Below, piece by piece: positions 17,766-29,261 of a stretch of DNA of 64,000 nt (its first letter is position 1; the number at the start of each line of letters is the position of its first letter). This DNA is from an uncultured Thiotrichaceae bacterium. GTDB taxonomy: Bacteria; Pseudomonadota; Gammaproteobacteria; SZUA-229. The notes below the pieces were generated by a model, which had not been told where the DNA came from, did no database searches, and saw only the letters and a list, made by a program, of their open reading frames with translations. Both the position numbers and the translations under genes were made by a program. The stretch spans positions 299 through 64,298 of the forward strand of contig CAZFUY010000002.1 in the NCBI GenBank assembly GCA_964522445.1, given 5' to 3'.

Positions 17766-18881
17766 ATGACAAATGACCTGCCATCTCGGCTAGCACTGCT
17801 TAGAACTAATTTACAGCCCAACAAACTTTATCAACTACTAAACCACTTCGGTTCTGCAGAAAATATTCTTACCGCAGGCAACTCACAACTTGAAATATTC
17901 AACCTGTCACCTGGCGCTATTAAACACCTGCATTCACCTGATGACAGAGCAATAGAACATGATATTAAATGGCTCGATAAAGACAATCATTACATTATTG
18001 GACTAGATGATAAAAACTATCCTGAACCACTGAAATCCATTCCTGATCCACCTTACCTGCTATTTGTGGCAGGTGACATTGATTATTTACAGCAACCCCA
18101 GTTGGCCATGGTTGGCAGCCGCACCCCTACCGCAGCAGGCAGGCAAACTGCATTTGATTTTGCCAGACATCTATCAATATCAGGTCTTACCATCACTAGC
18201 GGTTTAGCTCTTGGAATAGACACGGCATGCCATAAGGGCGCATTAGAAGGTATAGCTGGCACTATTGCTGTTGTTGCCAATGGACTGGATAAGGTGTATC
18301 CCGCATCAAATACAGAATTAGCACGACGCATTGTGCAGCAGGGCTGTGTGATAAGTGAATCTCCACTGGGAACAGCGCCTCATAAAGGTTTATTCCCACG
18401 CCGCAACCGGGTTATTAGTGGCTTAAGCATGGGCACACTGGTTGTTGAGGCGGCAAAAAATAGCGGATCTCTCATCACCACAAAACACGCCCTGGAACAA
18501 AATAGAGAAATTTTTGCTATACCCGGCTCTATCCATAACCCGCTATCCAGAGGCTGTCACAGCTTGATCAGACAGGGTGCAAAGCTGGTTGAAACCGCTG
18601 AAGATATCATTGAAGAACTGTTACCACTGGAAAAACTTGTTTCAACAAGCCATACTAGCGCCCAATGTGAAGAGACACAGGCTCAAAATAGCCTGGATCC
18701 TGCCTATCAGGCACTTCTAAATAGCATGGAATACGAACCAGCTAACATCGATGAGCTGGTGGAGCGCAACCAGCTGGATGCCGCTGAAATAGCATCCATG
18801 CTGCTGATTCTAGAATTACAGGGCCATGTCGTTTCAGAAAATGGGAATTATTCCCGTATTCATTCAGAGCTGAACCATTAA
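17766..18881 (+). CDS. dprA: DNA-processing protein DprA (Smf)
   Basis: MVGSRTPTAAG, RNRVISGLS and EAAKNSGSLITT motifs. Confidence 0.9.
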   Translation: MTNDLPSRLALLRTNLQPNKLYQLLNHFGSAENILTAGNSQLEIFNLSPGAIKHLHSPDDRAIEHDIKWLDKDNHYIIGLDDKNYPEPLKSIPDPPYLLFVAGDIDYLQQPQLAMVGSRTPTAAGRQTAFDFARHLSISGLTITSGLALGIDTACHKGALEGIAGTIAVVANGLDKVYPASNTELARRIVQQGCVISESPLGTAPHKGLFPRRNRVISGLSMGTLVVEAAKNSGSLITTKHALEQNREIFAIPGSIHNPLSRGCHSLIRQGAKLVETAEDIIEELLPLEKLVSTSHTSAQCEETQAQNSLDPAYQALLNSMEYEPANIDELVERNQLDAAEIASMLLILELQGHVVSENGNYSRIHSELNH

Positions 18882-18928
18882 CCGGGTTTCCCAGAGTTCA
18901 GCTCAGAGTTATATTTTTAGAGAAGGCT

Positions 18929-19402
18929 ATGAAACAAACTGTTGTTGATGTATTAATGTATCTGTTTGAAAACATGGTTGATGAAGACACGCCATTTGAT
19001 CCTGAACGGGATCTAATTGTCGACCATCTTGAAGAACTGGGTTTCCCACAACACGAAATATTACGCGCCTTTAGCTGGCTGGAAGATCTGGCAGATATTC
19101 AGCTACAGGTAATTGAAAACTCCACACTATCATCGTCTCTACGCGTATATAGCGAACTGGAAAAAGTACTACTGGATTCTGAGTGTATTGGCTTCCTTAT
19201 GTATATGGAACAATCAGGCATACTTACGCCAGTCACACGTGAACTGATTCTTGATCGAGTCATTGCACTGGATGTAGAGCTGGATATAGAACAACTAAAA
19301 TGGATTACCATGATCATTCTCTACAGTCATCCCGGAGAAGAAAATGCCTTTGCAAGAATAGAAAGCATGGTATTTGATCAAATTTTGGACTATATGCATT
19401 AA
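18929..19402 (+). CDS. smg: Smg protein (DUF494)
   Basis: VVDVLMYLFEN ... FSWLEDL, in the conserved position between dprA and topA. Confidence 0.85.
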   Translation: MKQTVVDVLMYLFENMVDEDTPFDPERDLIVDHLEELGFPQHEILRAFSWLEDLADIQLQVIENSTLSSSLRVYSELEKVLLDSECIGFLMYMEQSGILTPVTRELILDRVIALDVELDIEQLKWITMIILYSHPGEENAFARIESMVFDQILDYMH

Positions 19403-19433
19403 CAACAAATTTACAAACAAAAATAATTAATCA

Positions 19434-21887
19434 ATGAGCAATAGCCTTTTAATTGTAGAATCACCCGCGAAAGCGAAAACGATCAAAAAATATCTGGGTA
19501 AAGGATTTGAAGTCCTTGCCTCATACGGGCACGTGCGTGATTTAATTCCCAAAACAGGCGCTATAGATACTGAGCATGATTTTGCAATGAAGTATCAGCT
19601 CATTGAAAAAAATGAAAAACATGTTGAAGCAATTAAAAAAGCACTAAAAAAAGCCGACACCCTGTATCTCGCAACTGACCTTGACCGCGAAGGAGAAGCC
19701 ATATCATGGCATCTTTATGAGTTGTTGAAAGAAATTGGCGCACTAAAAGATAAACAGGTACACCGTGTAGCTTTTAATCAAATAACCAAACGTGCTATCC
19801 AGGAAGCAGTTAATAATCCACGTGACCTGTCTATGGACATGGTTAACGCACAGCAGGCTCGCCGTGCTTTAGATTATCTGGTTGGTTTCAACCTCTCACC
19901 TTTGCTGTGGAAAAAAGTTCAACGCGGTTTATCTGCGGGCCGCGTACAAAGTCCGGCTCTGCGAATGATTGTCAGCCGTGAAGAAGAAATCGAAGCCTTT
20001 GATCCCAAAGAATACTGGACCATCGAAGCAGACACTGAAAAAGATGGCAAAAATATTTCTTCAAAGCTGCGTATTTATAATAATGAAAAAGTTGAGCAGT
20101 TTACTTTTAATAATGAACAACTGGCCAGCAGCGCAGAAAGCACTTTAAATGATGCAGCAGGCGGAAAACTAACCGTTACCAAAGTTGAAAAGAAACAGCG
20201 TAAACGGAATCCAGCCGCACCATTTACAACGTCTACACTGCAACAGGAAGCATCACGTAAATTACGTTTTTCTGCTCAGCGCACCATGCGTACCGCACAA
20301 CAATTATATGAAGGCATAAATATTGGCGGCGGCGAGACTGTCGGTTTAATTACTTATATGCGTACCGATTCATTAATGTTATCTCAGGAAGCACTGGATG
20401 ATATTCGTGAATTAATATCAGAACGTTACGGCAAGGAAAATGTGCCTGAAGAAATTCGTGTATTTAAAAATAAATCCAAGAATGCACAGGAAGCACATGA
20501 AGCGATTCGCCCAACTTCAGCAAAACATATTCCTGAAGAAATTAAAGAAAATTTAAAACCCGATCAGTTCAAACTTTATGAGCTTATCTGGAAACGCACC
20601 GTTGCATGTCAAATGATTCATGCCACCCTCGATACCGTTTCAATAGACCTGCAATGCGGCACAGGCCATCAGTTTAGAGCAACAGGCTCTACCATAAAAC
20701 ACCCCGGATTTATGAGTGTTTATATGGAAGGCCAGGATGAAGGCGATGCTCACAATTATGATGACGATAAAATTTTGCCACCACTGGAAGAAGGCGAACA
20801 ATTAAAACTTCTTGCTATTCGCACCGACCAGCATTTTACTGAACCACCTCCAAAATATACTGAAGCAAGTCTGGTAAAAGCATTAGAAGAATACGGCATT
20901 GGCAGACCTTCAACTTATGCCAGCATTATTTCAACTTTACAGAATCGCGAATATGTAGAAATAGAAAACCGCCGCTTTACCCCGACAGACATGGGTCGCA
21001 TCGTAAATTCATTTTTAACTCAGTATTTTACTGATTATGTAGATTACGACTTCACTGCAAAACTGGAAGATGAACTGGATGCCATATCTCGTGGCGAAGA
21101 AGAATGGCTTCCATTAATGAAGTCATTCTGGAAACCTTTTATTACTAAAGTCGAAGACATTGATGAAAATGTCAGCCGAGCAGATGTCGCACAATCACGC
21201 GAAGTAGGTACAGACCCTGAAACAGGAAAACCCATAACTGTTCGCATGGGGCCCTATGGTCCTTTCGCTCAAATTGGCGACAAAGATGATGAAGAAAAAC
21301 CGAAATTTGCCAGCTTAAAACCAGGCCAGAAAATGGCCGACATTACAATGGATAACGTTTTTGCATTATTCGTTTTGCCACGTAAATTAGGTGTTACAGA
21401 GGAAGGCGAAGAAGTTACTTCCAATGTAGGACGTTTTGGCCCTTATGTTAAATTTGATAAATTCTTTGTTTCAATAAGAAAAGAATTTCAGGATCAGGGC
21501 ATTGATCCTTATAACATTACCTTCGAACAGGCAATGGTACTGGTTAAAGAGAAAAAGGAATTTGAAGCCAATAAATATATTAAGAGCTTTGAAGGAACAG
21601 ACATTGAAATACTTAACGGACGCTATGGCCCTTATATTACTGACGGCAATAAAAACGCTAAAATTCCTAAAGACAGAGAGCCTAAAAGCTTAACTCTGGA
21701 AGAATGTGAAAAACTAATCGCTGAAGCACCTGAGCGCAAAGGACGTAAGAAAAAAACTGCCAGGAAAAAAGCCACGCCTAAAAAGAAAGCCACAACAAAG
21801 AAAAAGTCGGCTAAAAAGAAAACAGCCAAAAAGAAGACTGTAAAGAAAAAAGCAGCCAGAAAAAAAACCACGCCCAAGAAGAAGTGA
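19434..21887 (+). CDS. topA: DNA topoisomerase I, Zn-finger-free C-terminal repeats plus Lys-rich tail
   Basis: Toprim region LLIVESPAKAKTI and DLDREGE. Active-site region GLITYMRTDS. C-terminal G(P/R)YGP(F/Y) repeats. The terminal ~50 aa are K/A/T-rich. Confidence 0.95.
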   Translation: MSNSLLIVESPAKAKTIKKYLGKGFEVLASYGHVRDLIPKTGAIDTEHDFAMKYQLIEKNEKHVEAIKKALKKADTLYLATDLDREGEAISWHLYELLKEIGALKDKQVHRVAFNQITKRAIQEAVNNPRDLSMDMVNAQQARRALDYLVGFNLSPLLWKKVQRGLSAGRVQSPALRMIVSREEEIEAFDPKEYWTIEADTEKDGKNISSKLRIYNNEKVEQFTFNNEQLASSAESTLNDAAGGKLTVTKVEKKQRKRNPAAPFTTSTLQQEASRKLRFSAQRTMRTAQQLYEGINIGGGETVGLITYMRTDSLMLSQEALDDIRELISERYGKENVPEEIRVFKNKSKNAQEAHEAIRPTSAKHIPEEIKENLKPDQFKLYELIWKRTVACQMIHATLDTVSIDLQCGTGHQFRATGSTIKHPGFMSVYMEGQDEGDAHNYDDDKILPPLEEGEQLKLLAIRTDQHFTEPPPKYTEASLVKALEEYGIGRPSTYASIISTLQNREYVEIENRRFTPTDMGRIVNSFLTQYFTDYVDYDFTAKLEDELDAISRGEEEWLPLMKSFWKPFITKVEDIDENVSRADVAQSREVGTDPETGKPITVRMGPYGPFAQIGDKDDEEKPKFASLKPGQKMADITMDNVFALFVLPRKLGVTEEGEEVTSNVGRFGPYVKFDKFFVSIRKEFQDQGIDPYNITFEQAMVLVKEKKEFEANKYIKSFEGTDIEILNGRYGPYITDGNKNAKIPKDREPKSLTLEECEKLIAEAPERKGRKKKTARKKATPKKKATTKKKSAKKKTAKKKTVKKKAARKKTTPKKK

Positions 21888-22435
21888 TCTCTTCATTTCT
21901 TTTAAAACAGGCTGCTGCCACCTGCAATGAGGGCGGCGTTATTGCCTACCCCACAGAGTCTGTTTTTGGACTGGGTTGCGACCCTCTCAACCAACAGGCT
22001 GTTTATAAAATACTGCAACTTAAAAATCGATCTGTTGATATGGGGCTTATTCTTATAGCCAGTAATATTGAGCAATTAATGCCCTTTATTGATATAACGC
22101 CCAGCCAGAAAAAAAAACTCACAACAACTGAGTCAATCACATGGTTAGTTAAAGCATCAAATTACACACCTGAATGGATTACGGGAAAACATAACAAAGT
22201 AGCAATTCGAATAAGCATGCATCCTGTCTGCAAGCAATTATGTGAATATACTAATTACCCATTAGTCTCAACCAGCGCAAATCCCAGCGGACATAAACCG
22301 GCAAAAAACAATTTACAGGTTGTTAGTTATTTTAGAAATTCTATCGATTATCTTCTGCCAGGAAAAACAGGTGAACTAAAAAAACCAACTGAAATTAGAG
22401 ATCTTGAAACCAACAGGATAATCCGAAAAGGCTGA
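21884..22435 (+). CDS. tsaC: L-threonylcarbamoyladenylate synthase TsaC (YrdC family)
   Basis: GGVIAYPTESVFGLGCDP and LVSTSANPSG. The GTG start overlaps the topA stop (GTGA). Confidence 0.8.
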   Translation: MISSFLLKQAAATCNEGGVIAYPTESVFGLGCDPLNQQAVYKILQLKNRSVDMGLILIASNIEQLMPFIDITPSQKKKLTTTESITWLVKASNYTPEWITGKHNKVAIRISMHPVCKQLCEYTNYPLVSTSANPSGHKPAKNNLQVVSYFRNSIDYLLPGKTGELKKPTEIRDLETNRIIRKG

Positions 22436-22576
22436 CATTAACCATAACAACTCTGAGTGCCAACTATATCTACTTTTAGTGGCAGTTGTTTAAGAAAAAC
22501 CAAAAGATTTGATCTTAAACATCAGCAACATAATATTTTGAGAAATTCATATCTAAACTAAATAATCAGATTAAAT

Positions 22577-25153
22577 TTACTTTGAATTTTTTACTTTTTT
22601 CTTAGCCTTAGATTTTAGACAATCCAGCTCTTCAAGTGGCACAGAGACATAATAACCCTGCACACGATCTACTCCACAGATTTTTAACAATCTTAAAATC
22701 TCCGGGCTTTCAACATATTCAGCAACAGTATAACGACCTAGTGAATGAGCCACATCATTCATTGCGGTAACTATTGAACGATCTATTGAGCCACGCGCCA
22801 TACCTTTTACAAACTGGCCGTCAATTTTTACAAAATCGACAGGCAGACATTTAAGTTGTGAGAAAGAACAAAAACCAGATCCAAAATCATCAAGAGAAAA
22901 ACGACATCCTAACCATTTCATTTCATCAACAAACTGATTGGCCGATTCAAAATTTGCAATCGCACAGGTTTCTGTTACTTCAAAGATCAATGACTGTGGG
23001 TTTGCACCATGTTTTTCTATAAGTGCTTTAATCTTTGCCAGACTATCATCCGCATTTAAAGTCTGGCCTGATAAATTAATTGAAAAAGAAACATTAGGAG
23101 AATTTTTTTGCACTTTCGCCAATATTGACAAGGCCTTATTCAATACCCACATATCCACGTCATGCATAAGATTAAAACGTTCAGCCGTAGGAATAAATGC
23201 ATCGGGATAATACAGATCACCATTCTCACCTTTCATTCGCAGCAATAATTCATAATGCAATGCGTTATCGGAATTGCTGCAATGGTTTTCCCATATTGCA
23301 CCATCTTCAGGAGGCAAATTATTAAGATCAATGCTTGTCATATCTAATATAGGCTGATAGTGCAATACAAATTTATTTTTCTTCATAGCATCACGTAAAC
23401 GCGATGACCAGCCTAGTTCTGTACCCATGGCATTTTTTTCATCATTATTCTGTTCATAAAGATGAGTCTGATTACGCCCACTTCGTTTTGCAATATGACA
23501 GGCAATATCAGCATTAGCCAGAACATCACCTGAAGTCATATTATCTATATCCATTAATGCAACACCAAAGCTTCCATGCACATTATAATTTTGTCCACTA
23601 TAACCAAAAGTACAGGCTTCTAATGTTGCTCTAAATCCTTCTGCAAGTTGCATTGATAAATCAGCATTTGCATTACGTATAATAACTGCAAATTCATCAC
23701 CACCTAATCGAGCAAGGGTATCTTCATCACGCAATTTATCCGTTAGTAAACGTGAAATTTCTACTAATAATTTATCACCCGCATCATGCCCTGCTGTATC
23801 ATTAATATATTTAAACCGATCCAGATCTATATAGACAAGCGCACTCATAACATCATCACGCTGTACTCGTTTTATTTCTGATTCCAGTTGATCTTCAAAA
23901 TAACGGCGATTACATAATTGCGTAAGATGATCATGTGTTGCCTGCCAGTGCAATTTTTCTTCCAGCATCTTGCGCTCAGAAATATCTCTAAAGGCAATTA
24001 CCGAACCTTCCTGCTGACCATATATTGTTAACGGATAAACTGTACATTCAACAGGCACAGGTTTTCCATTACGGTGCTGGAAAACTGTTTCCCAACAACG
24101 CAACTCTATACCTTTGCCATAGGCACGATATAAGCGATCATGATTTAACACATCTTCATTTAATGAAAAATGAAAAGCATCTTTAGCCTGCTTGCCCATA
24201 ATATTACTGACATCATCCACACCAATAATATTAAGTGCAGCAGGGTTTACAAATGTCACACAACCTTCATGGTCAACACCATAAACACCTTCACCAACGG
24301 ACTCCAGAATACCAGCAAGGCGTTCACGTTCAGACTCTATAGATTTTTGTATTTCAATAAAGCGGCTCATCGATGCTATACGAGCAAGAAATAGCTCTTC
24401 GGCTTCATTTTTGAACATACATTCCACAGCACCTGCCTGCAGGCAATCTTTAATTACCTCATCCAGATAAGTGCCGGTAATAACCGCTGTTCGGATACTG
24501 GAAGTACGCGGATCATCTCGTAATTTCTGACACAGCACATAGCCATTTTCATCTGGCATAAAATAGTCAATGATAGCAAGATCAAAGGGCTGCTTAATTG
24601 CCAGTTCAAATGCATGCTGTACTGAATTAGCTGCCTCAGTAACATAACCATTACGGTCCAACAATCGCTGGTAATAATGACGAATACTAACTGAATCATC
24701 AACAAACAACACACGAATGGGATTCTCGCTGCTACCCATTCTTTTAATTGTTTCATGGGTGCTATCTGGCCCAAGTAATTTCTGTAATGTAGCAACAGAC
24801 TCCTGATAGTTCTCCCATGGCACTAACGCTGAAAAGCGGCGTTTGCTCATCCAGTTAAGCACTTCCAGGTTTGCATCATGGGAAAGCAATAATACGGGTA
24901 TTTCGCTATAGTCAGCATCTTCCAGTAAAGACATTAATTCATTAGTTGGCCCATGATCTTCATAATTTGGCCAACCCACAATAACGCCCTGATAACTATT
25001 ACCAGAATCCTTTAAGCACTCAAGCGCAGCATCGAATGCCTCCAGAGACATTAATTCATATCCCTGCTTCTGCAGAGCCTTAACCAGGATATAACGCAAT
25101 GTAGCTGATTCTTCAACCAGAAGAATACGCTGCTTAATTTTTTCCACAAACAT
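22577..25153 (-). CDS. c-di-GMP signalling protein: degenerate REC, REC, PAS, GGDEF, EAL
   Basis: REC2 has VLFVDDS and LAIIDYFMPDENG. The PAS region follows. GGDEF is intact (RLGGDEFAV). The EAL domain has YELLLR, FEVTE, DDFGSG and KIDG. Confidence 0.9.
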   Translation of the reverse strand: MFVEKIKQRILLVEESATLRYILVKALQKQGYELMSLEAFDAALECLKDSGNSYQGVIVGWPNYEDHGPTNELMSLLEDADYSEIPVLLLSHDANLEVLNWMSKRRFSALVPWENYQESVATLQKLLGPDSTHETIKRMGSSENPIRVLFVDDSVSIRHYYQRLLDRNGYVTEAANSVQHAFELAIKQPFDLAIIDYFMPDENGYVLCQKLRDDPRTSSIRTAVITGTYLDEVIKDCLQAGAVECMFKNEAEELFLARIASMSRFIEIQKSIESERERLAGILESVGEGVYGVDHEGCVTFVNPAALNIIGVDDVSNIMGKQAKDAFHFSLNEDVLNHDRLYRAYGKGIELRCWETVFQHRNGKPVPVECTVYPLTIYGQQEGSVIAFRDISERKMLEEKLHWQATHDHLTQLCNRRYFEDQLESEIKRVQRDDVMSALVYIDLDRFKYINDTAGHDAGDKLLVEISRLLTDKLRDEDTLARLGGDEFAVIIRNANADLSMQLAEGFRATLEACTFGYSGQNYNVHGSFGVALMDIDNMTSGDVLANADIACHIAKRSGRNQTHLYEQNNDEKNAMGTELGWSSRLRDAMKKNKFVLHYQPILDMTSIDLNNLPPEDGAIWENHCSNSDNALHYELLLRMKGENGDLYYPDAFIPTAERFNLMHDVDMWVLNKALSILAKVQKNSPNVSFSINLSGQTLNADDSLAKIKALIEKHGANPQSLIFEVTETCAIANFESANQFVDEMKWLGCRFSLDDFGSGFCSFSQLKCLPVDFVKIDGQFVKGMARGSIDRSIVTAMNDVAHSLGRYTVAEYVESPEILRLLKICGVDRVQGYYVSVPLEELDCLKSKAKKKVKNSK

Positions 25154-25265
25154 ATATGTAAGGCCTACCTATATAGAACAGATGATTAACAGTCACTCCC
25201 GTCAGGAAGAGCCATTAACTCATCGTCCTTAAATATATAGTACGCAACCGAGTGAATAACCAGCG

Positions 25266-26216
25266 CTACAACGAAGAATTATTAGAGGCAACCTTGCTTT
25301 GATGGCGACGAAACCATGCACTGGCAGTCGCTGCAGTCAAAATACACCAGACAGCAAATAAAGCGCCTGGCAATGCCGTTTCTGGAGGAAAATGCTTTAA
25401 AGCCAATGCAACACCCATACCGGCATTTTGCATACCAATTTCAATCATCAAAGTAATGCGATGAAGTGGATCAAAACCATAAAGACGAGCCAGCAGCCAG
25501 CCTGCCACATAGCCCAGGATATTAACCAGTATCACGCCAAACAGGACTAACATAGCCATATCTGCAATTCTTTGCTGATTAGCCGCTACCGCATAACTGC
25601 ATATAATAACAATAGCCAGTGCAGCAATACCCGGTGCGGCTGCCTGTGCTTTCTGTAAATATCTGCCCAGGTAAGGCTGTATAAATAAACCCAGTGCCAG
25701 CGGCATCAACACGGTCAAAATAATGGTCTTCATTAAGGGTAGAAATTCAACAGGCAAAATAGCCCCACCTAATAATTTAACCAGCGTAGGCGTAATTAAA
25801 GGTGATAAAAATGTGGCCACTGTTGTCAGTGCAACCGAAAAGGCAACCGCGCCACCTGCCAGATAGACAATCACATTACTGGCCATAGCCCCCGGCGCAC
25901 AGCCAACAATAATAAATCCCAATGCTATTTCTGGCGAAAACCCAGGGTACTGAGCCACAATAAAAACCAGCACAGGCATTACACTAAACTGCGTTAAAAC
26001 ACCCAGACCAATACGCTTAGGATGCTTTAATTCATCTTTTAAATCACTGACATTCAGCACCAGCCCCAGAGCAAACATAGTGGCTGCAAAAAACCATAAA
26101 AAATAGCCTTTAAAGATCAGAAACAGAGGTGGATAAATATAGGCAAGAACAGCTCCCAAAAGGGTTAATGGGGCTAGTTGATTAGAAATAAATTTAAACA
26201 TATATAATAAAACCAC
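25266..26216 (-). CDS. Bile acid:sodium symporter (BASS) family permease
   Basis: About 10 TM helices with the typical GCAPGAMASNV segment. Alternative start MFKFISNQ at 26201. Confidence 0.8.
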   Translation of the reverse strand: MVLLYMFKFISNQLAPLTLLGAVLAYIYPPLFLIFKGYFLWFFAATMFALGLVLNVSDLKDELKHPKRIGLGVLTQFSVMPVLVFIVAQYPGFSPEIALGFIIVGCAPGAMASNVIVYLAGGAVAFSVALTTVATFLSPLITPTLVKLLGGAILPVEFLPLMKTIILTVLMPLALGLFIQPYLGRYLQKAQAAAPGIAALAIVIICSYAVAANQQRIADMAMLVLFGVILVNILGYVAGWLLARLYGFDPLHRITLMIEIGMQNAGMGVALALKHFPPETALPGALFAVWCILTAATASAWFRRHQSKVASNNSSL

Positions 26217-26310
26217 CGTTCTTTGTCATCCATAACATCCTAGCATATTGCTTTTCCTGAGCATTATCATTCTATTCATAATACCGTGGCATACAGCTTA
26301 TCCTGGGCAT

Positions 26311-26346
26311 AAAAAAGGGCAGGCAACCAAAGTTACCCACCCTTTT
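26311..26346 (-). terminator. Intrinsic (bidirectional-looking) terminator after the EGKCG peptide gene
   Basis: AAAAAA GGGCAGGCAACC-aaa-GTTACCCACCC TTTT. The imperfect GC-rich stem is flanked by A and T runs, 32 bp past the stop at 26378. Confidence 0.6.
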
Positions 26347-26377
26347 ATATTTTAAAACTTAACTAGGGATACTCTAA

Positions 26378-26674
26378 TTAAGCACCACCACACTTGCTTT
26401 CTGTCTTAGGCTTATCGGTACTGCTTTTGCCATCACCACACTTGCCTTCTTTTTTGGTTTTACTACCGCCACATTTACCTTCAGTTTTAGACTTGCTACC
26501 ACCACATTTACCTTCCGCTGGTTTTGATGACATAGCCACTTGATAATTATTTTGTAAATCATTCATGCCAAAAGGATTTTTAGCAGCATTAACCACACCA
26601 GCAAAAAAAGAAGCCATGAAAGCACTGCCAATAGCTAAAGAAACAATTTTTTTATTCATTATTAAATTCTCCAT
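26378..26674 (-). CDS. Secreted EGKCG-repeat peptide, resembling HvfA-family RiPP metallophore precursors
   Basis: Signal peptide MNKKIVSLAIGSAFMASFFAGVVNA, then NPFGMNDL, then EGKCGGSKSKT EGKCGGSKTKK EGKCGDGKSS...ESKCGGA. I verified these by translating the DNA. Confidence 0.65.
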   Translation of the reverse strand: MENLIMNKKIVSLAIGSAFMASFFAGVVNAAKNPFGMNDLQNNYQVAMSSKPAEGKCGGSKSKTEGKCGGSKTKKEGKCGDGKSSTDKPKTESKCGGA

Positions 26675-26762
26675 AGGGGATTAGTTTTTTCGGCGCATTT
26701 CGCACCCGCATTATTGGACAGTTATATGACTTAAAGTTCATACTAGATATTGATACTTATTA

Positions 26763-27242
26763 TTATTTCCCCTGCATAGATTTTTTAATAGCCGATATCA
26801 CCTCATCCTCAATACGCTGCAAAACTTTATGTGCTGGACTATCAGCCGCTATAACTGCTGGTTTTGCAAATAGCGCCGTGGTTTTTCCATCTTTCTCAAT
26901 TAAGGTCATTCTTAAAGGACATAGCGCTAATAAACTGGGATCCGCATTGCTCACTGCATTGGCATACCAGCCATTACAAAATACCATACTGCGAATACCA
27001 TCCAGCTTATTGCGGTTATAATTCTCTCCCCACTTCTCTGAAAAACGTGCAAGATTACGACCAATATTGGCTTCAAAGACCACATAAAAACCTTCAGATT
27101 CCAGCCCCTTATACACATTGCCATAGACCTGTTCCATTGGCTTATTTACCGTATATTCAAACACATTGGGACTTGCCGCTTCCACAAAACTAAATACCAA
27201 CATAAAACAAAGAAACATCACTTTGTTGATTATTTTCATCAA
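26763..27242 (-). CDS. Secreted DUF302-domain protein
   Basis: Signal peptide plus an ~130 aa domain with the overall DUF302 pattern (FEANIGRNL ... LCPLRMTL). Assigned from memory. Confidence 0.6.
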   Translation of the reverse strand: MMKIINKVMFLCFMLVFSFVEAASPNVFEYTVNKPMEQVYGNVYKGLESEGFYVVFEANIGRNLARFSEKWGENYNRNKLDGIRSMVFCNGWYANAVSNADPSLLALCPLRMTLIEKDGKTTALFAKPAVIAADSPAHKVLQRIEDEVISAIKKSMQGK

Positions 27243-27291
27243 TTTCTCCTGTAACAGATTAATAAACTGGATAGAATACAGCCTATTCTAA

Positions 27292-29156
<1,865 letters not shown>

Positions 29157-29181
29157 TAAATTTAAATCACCCTCATTTAAG

Positions 29182-29252
29182 GTGTCGGAGTCAAAGTTGA
29201 TTTCTTTGATACTAAATCTGACATATTAGCATGTCAACTTTGACTCCGACAC
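29182..29252. repeat. Perfect 19-bp inverted repeat with a 33-bp spacer
   Basis: GTGTCGGAGTCAAAGTTGA (29182-29200) pairs with TCAACTTTGACTCCGACAC (29234-29252). It lies in the convergent aroE / DUF2914 spacer. Confidence 0.8.
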
Positions 29253-29261
29253 TCTGGCAAT

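Noticed and set aside
21632-21896. Antisense ORFs (81 and 60 aa, Phe/Leu-rich) at the topA 3' end
   Set aside because: They are an artefact of the AAR-codon lysine tail read on the opposite strand (TTY codons).
26374-26562. 62-aa alternative-frame ORF overlapping the EGKCG peptide gene
   Set aside because: It lies on the same strand in a shifted frame of the repeat region and has no signal peptide. The 98-aa frame has coherent secretion-peptide architecture.
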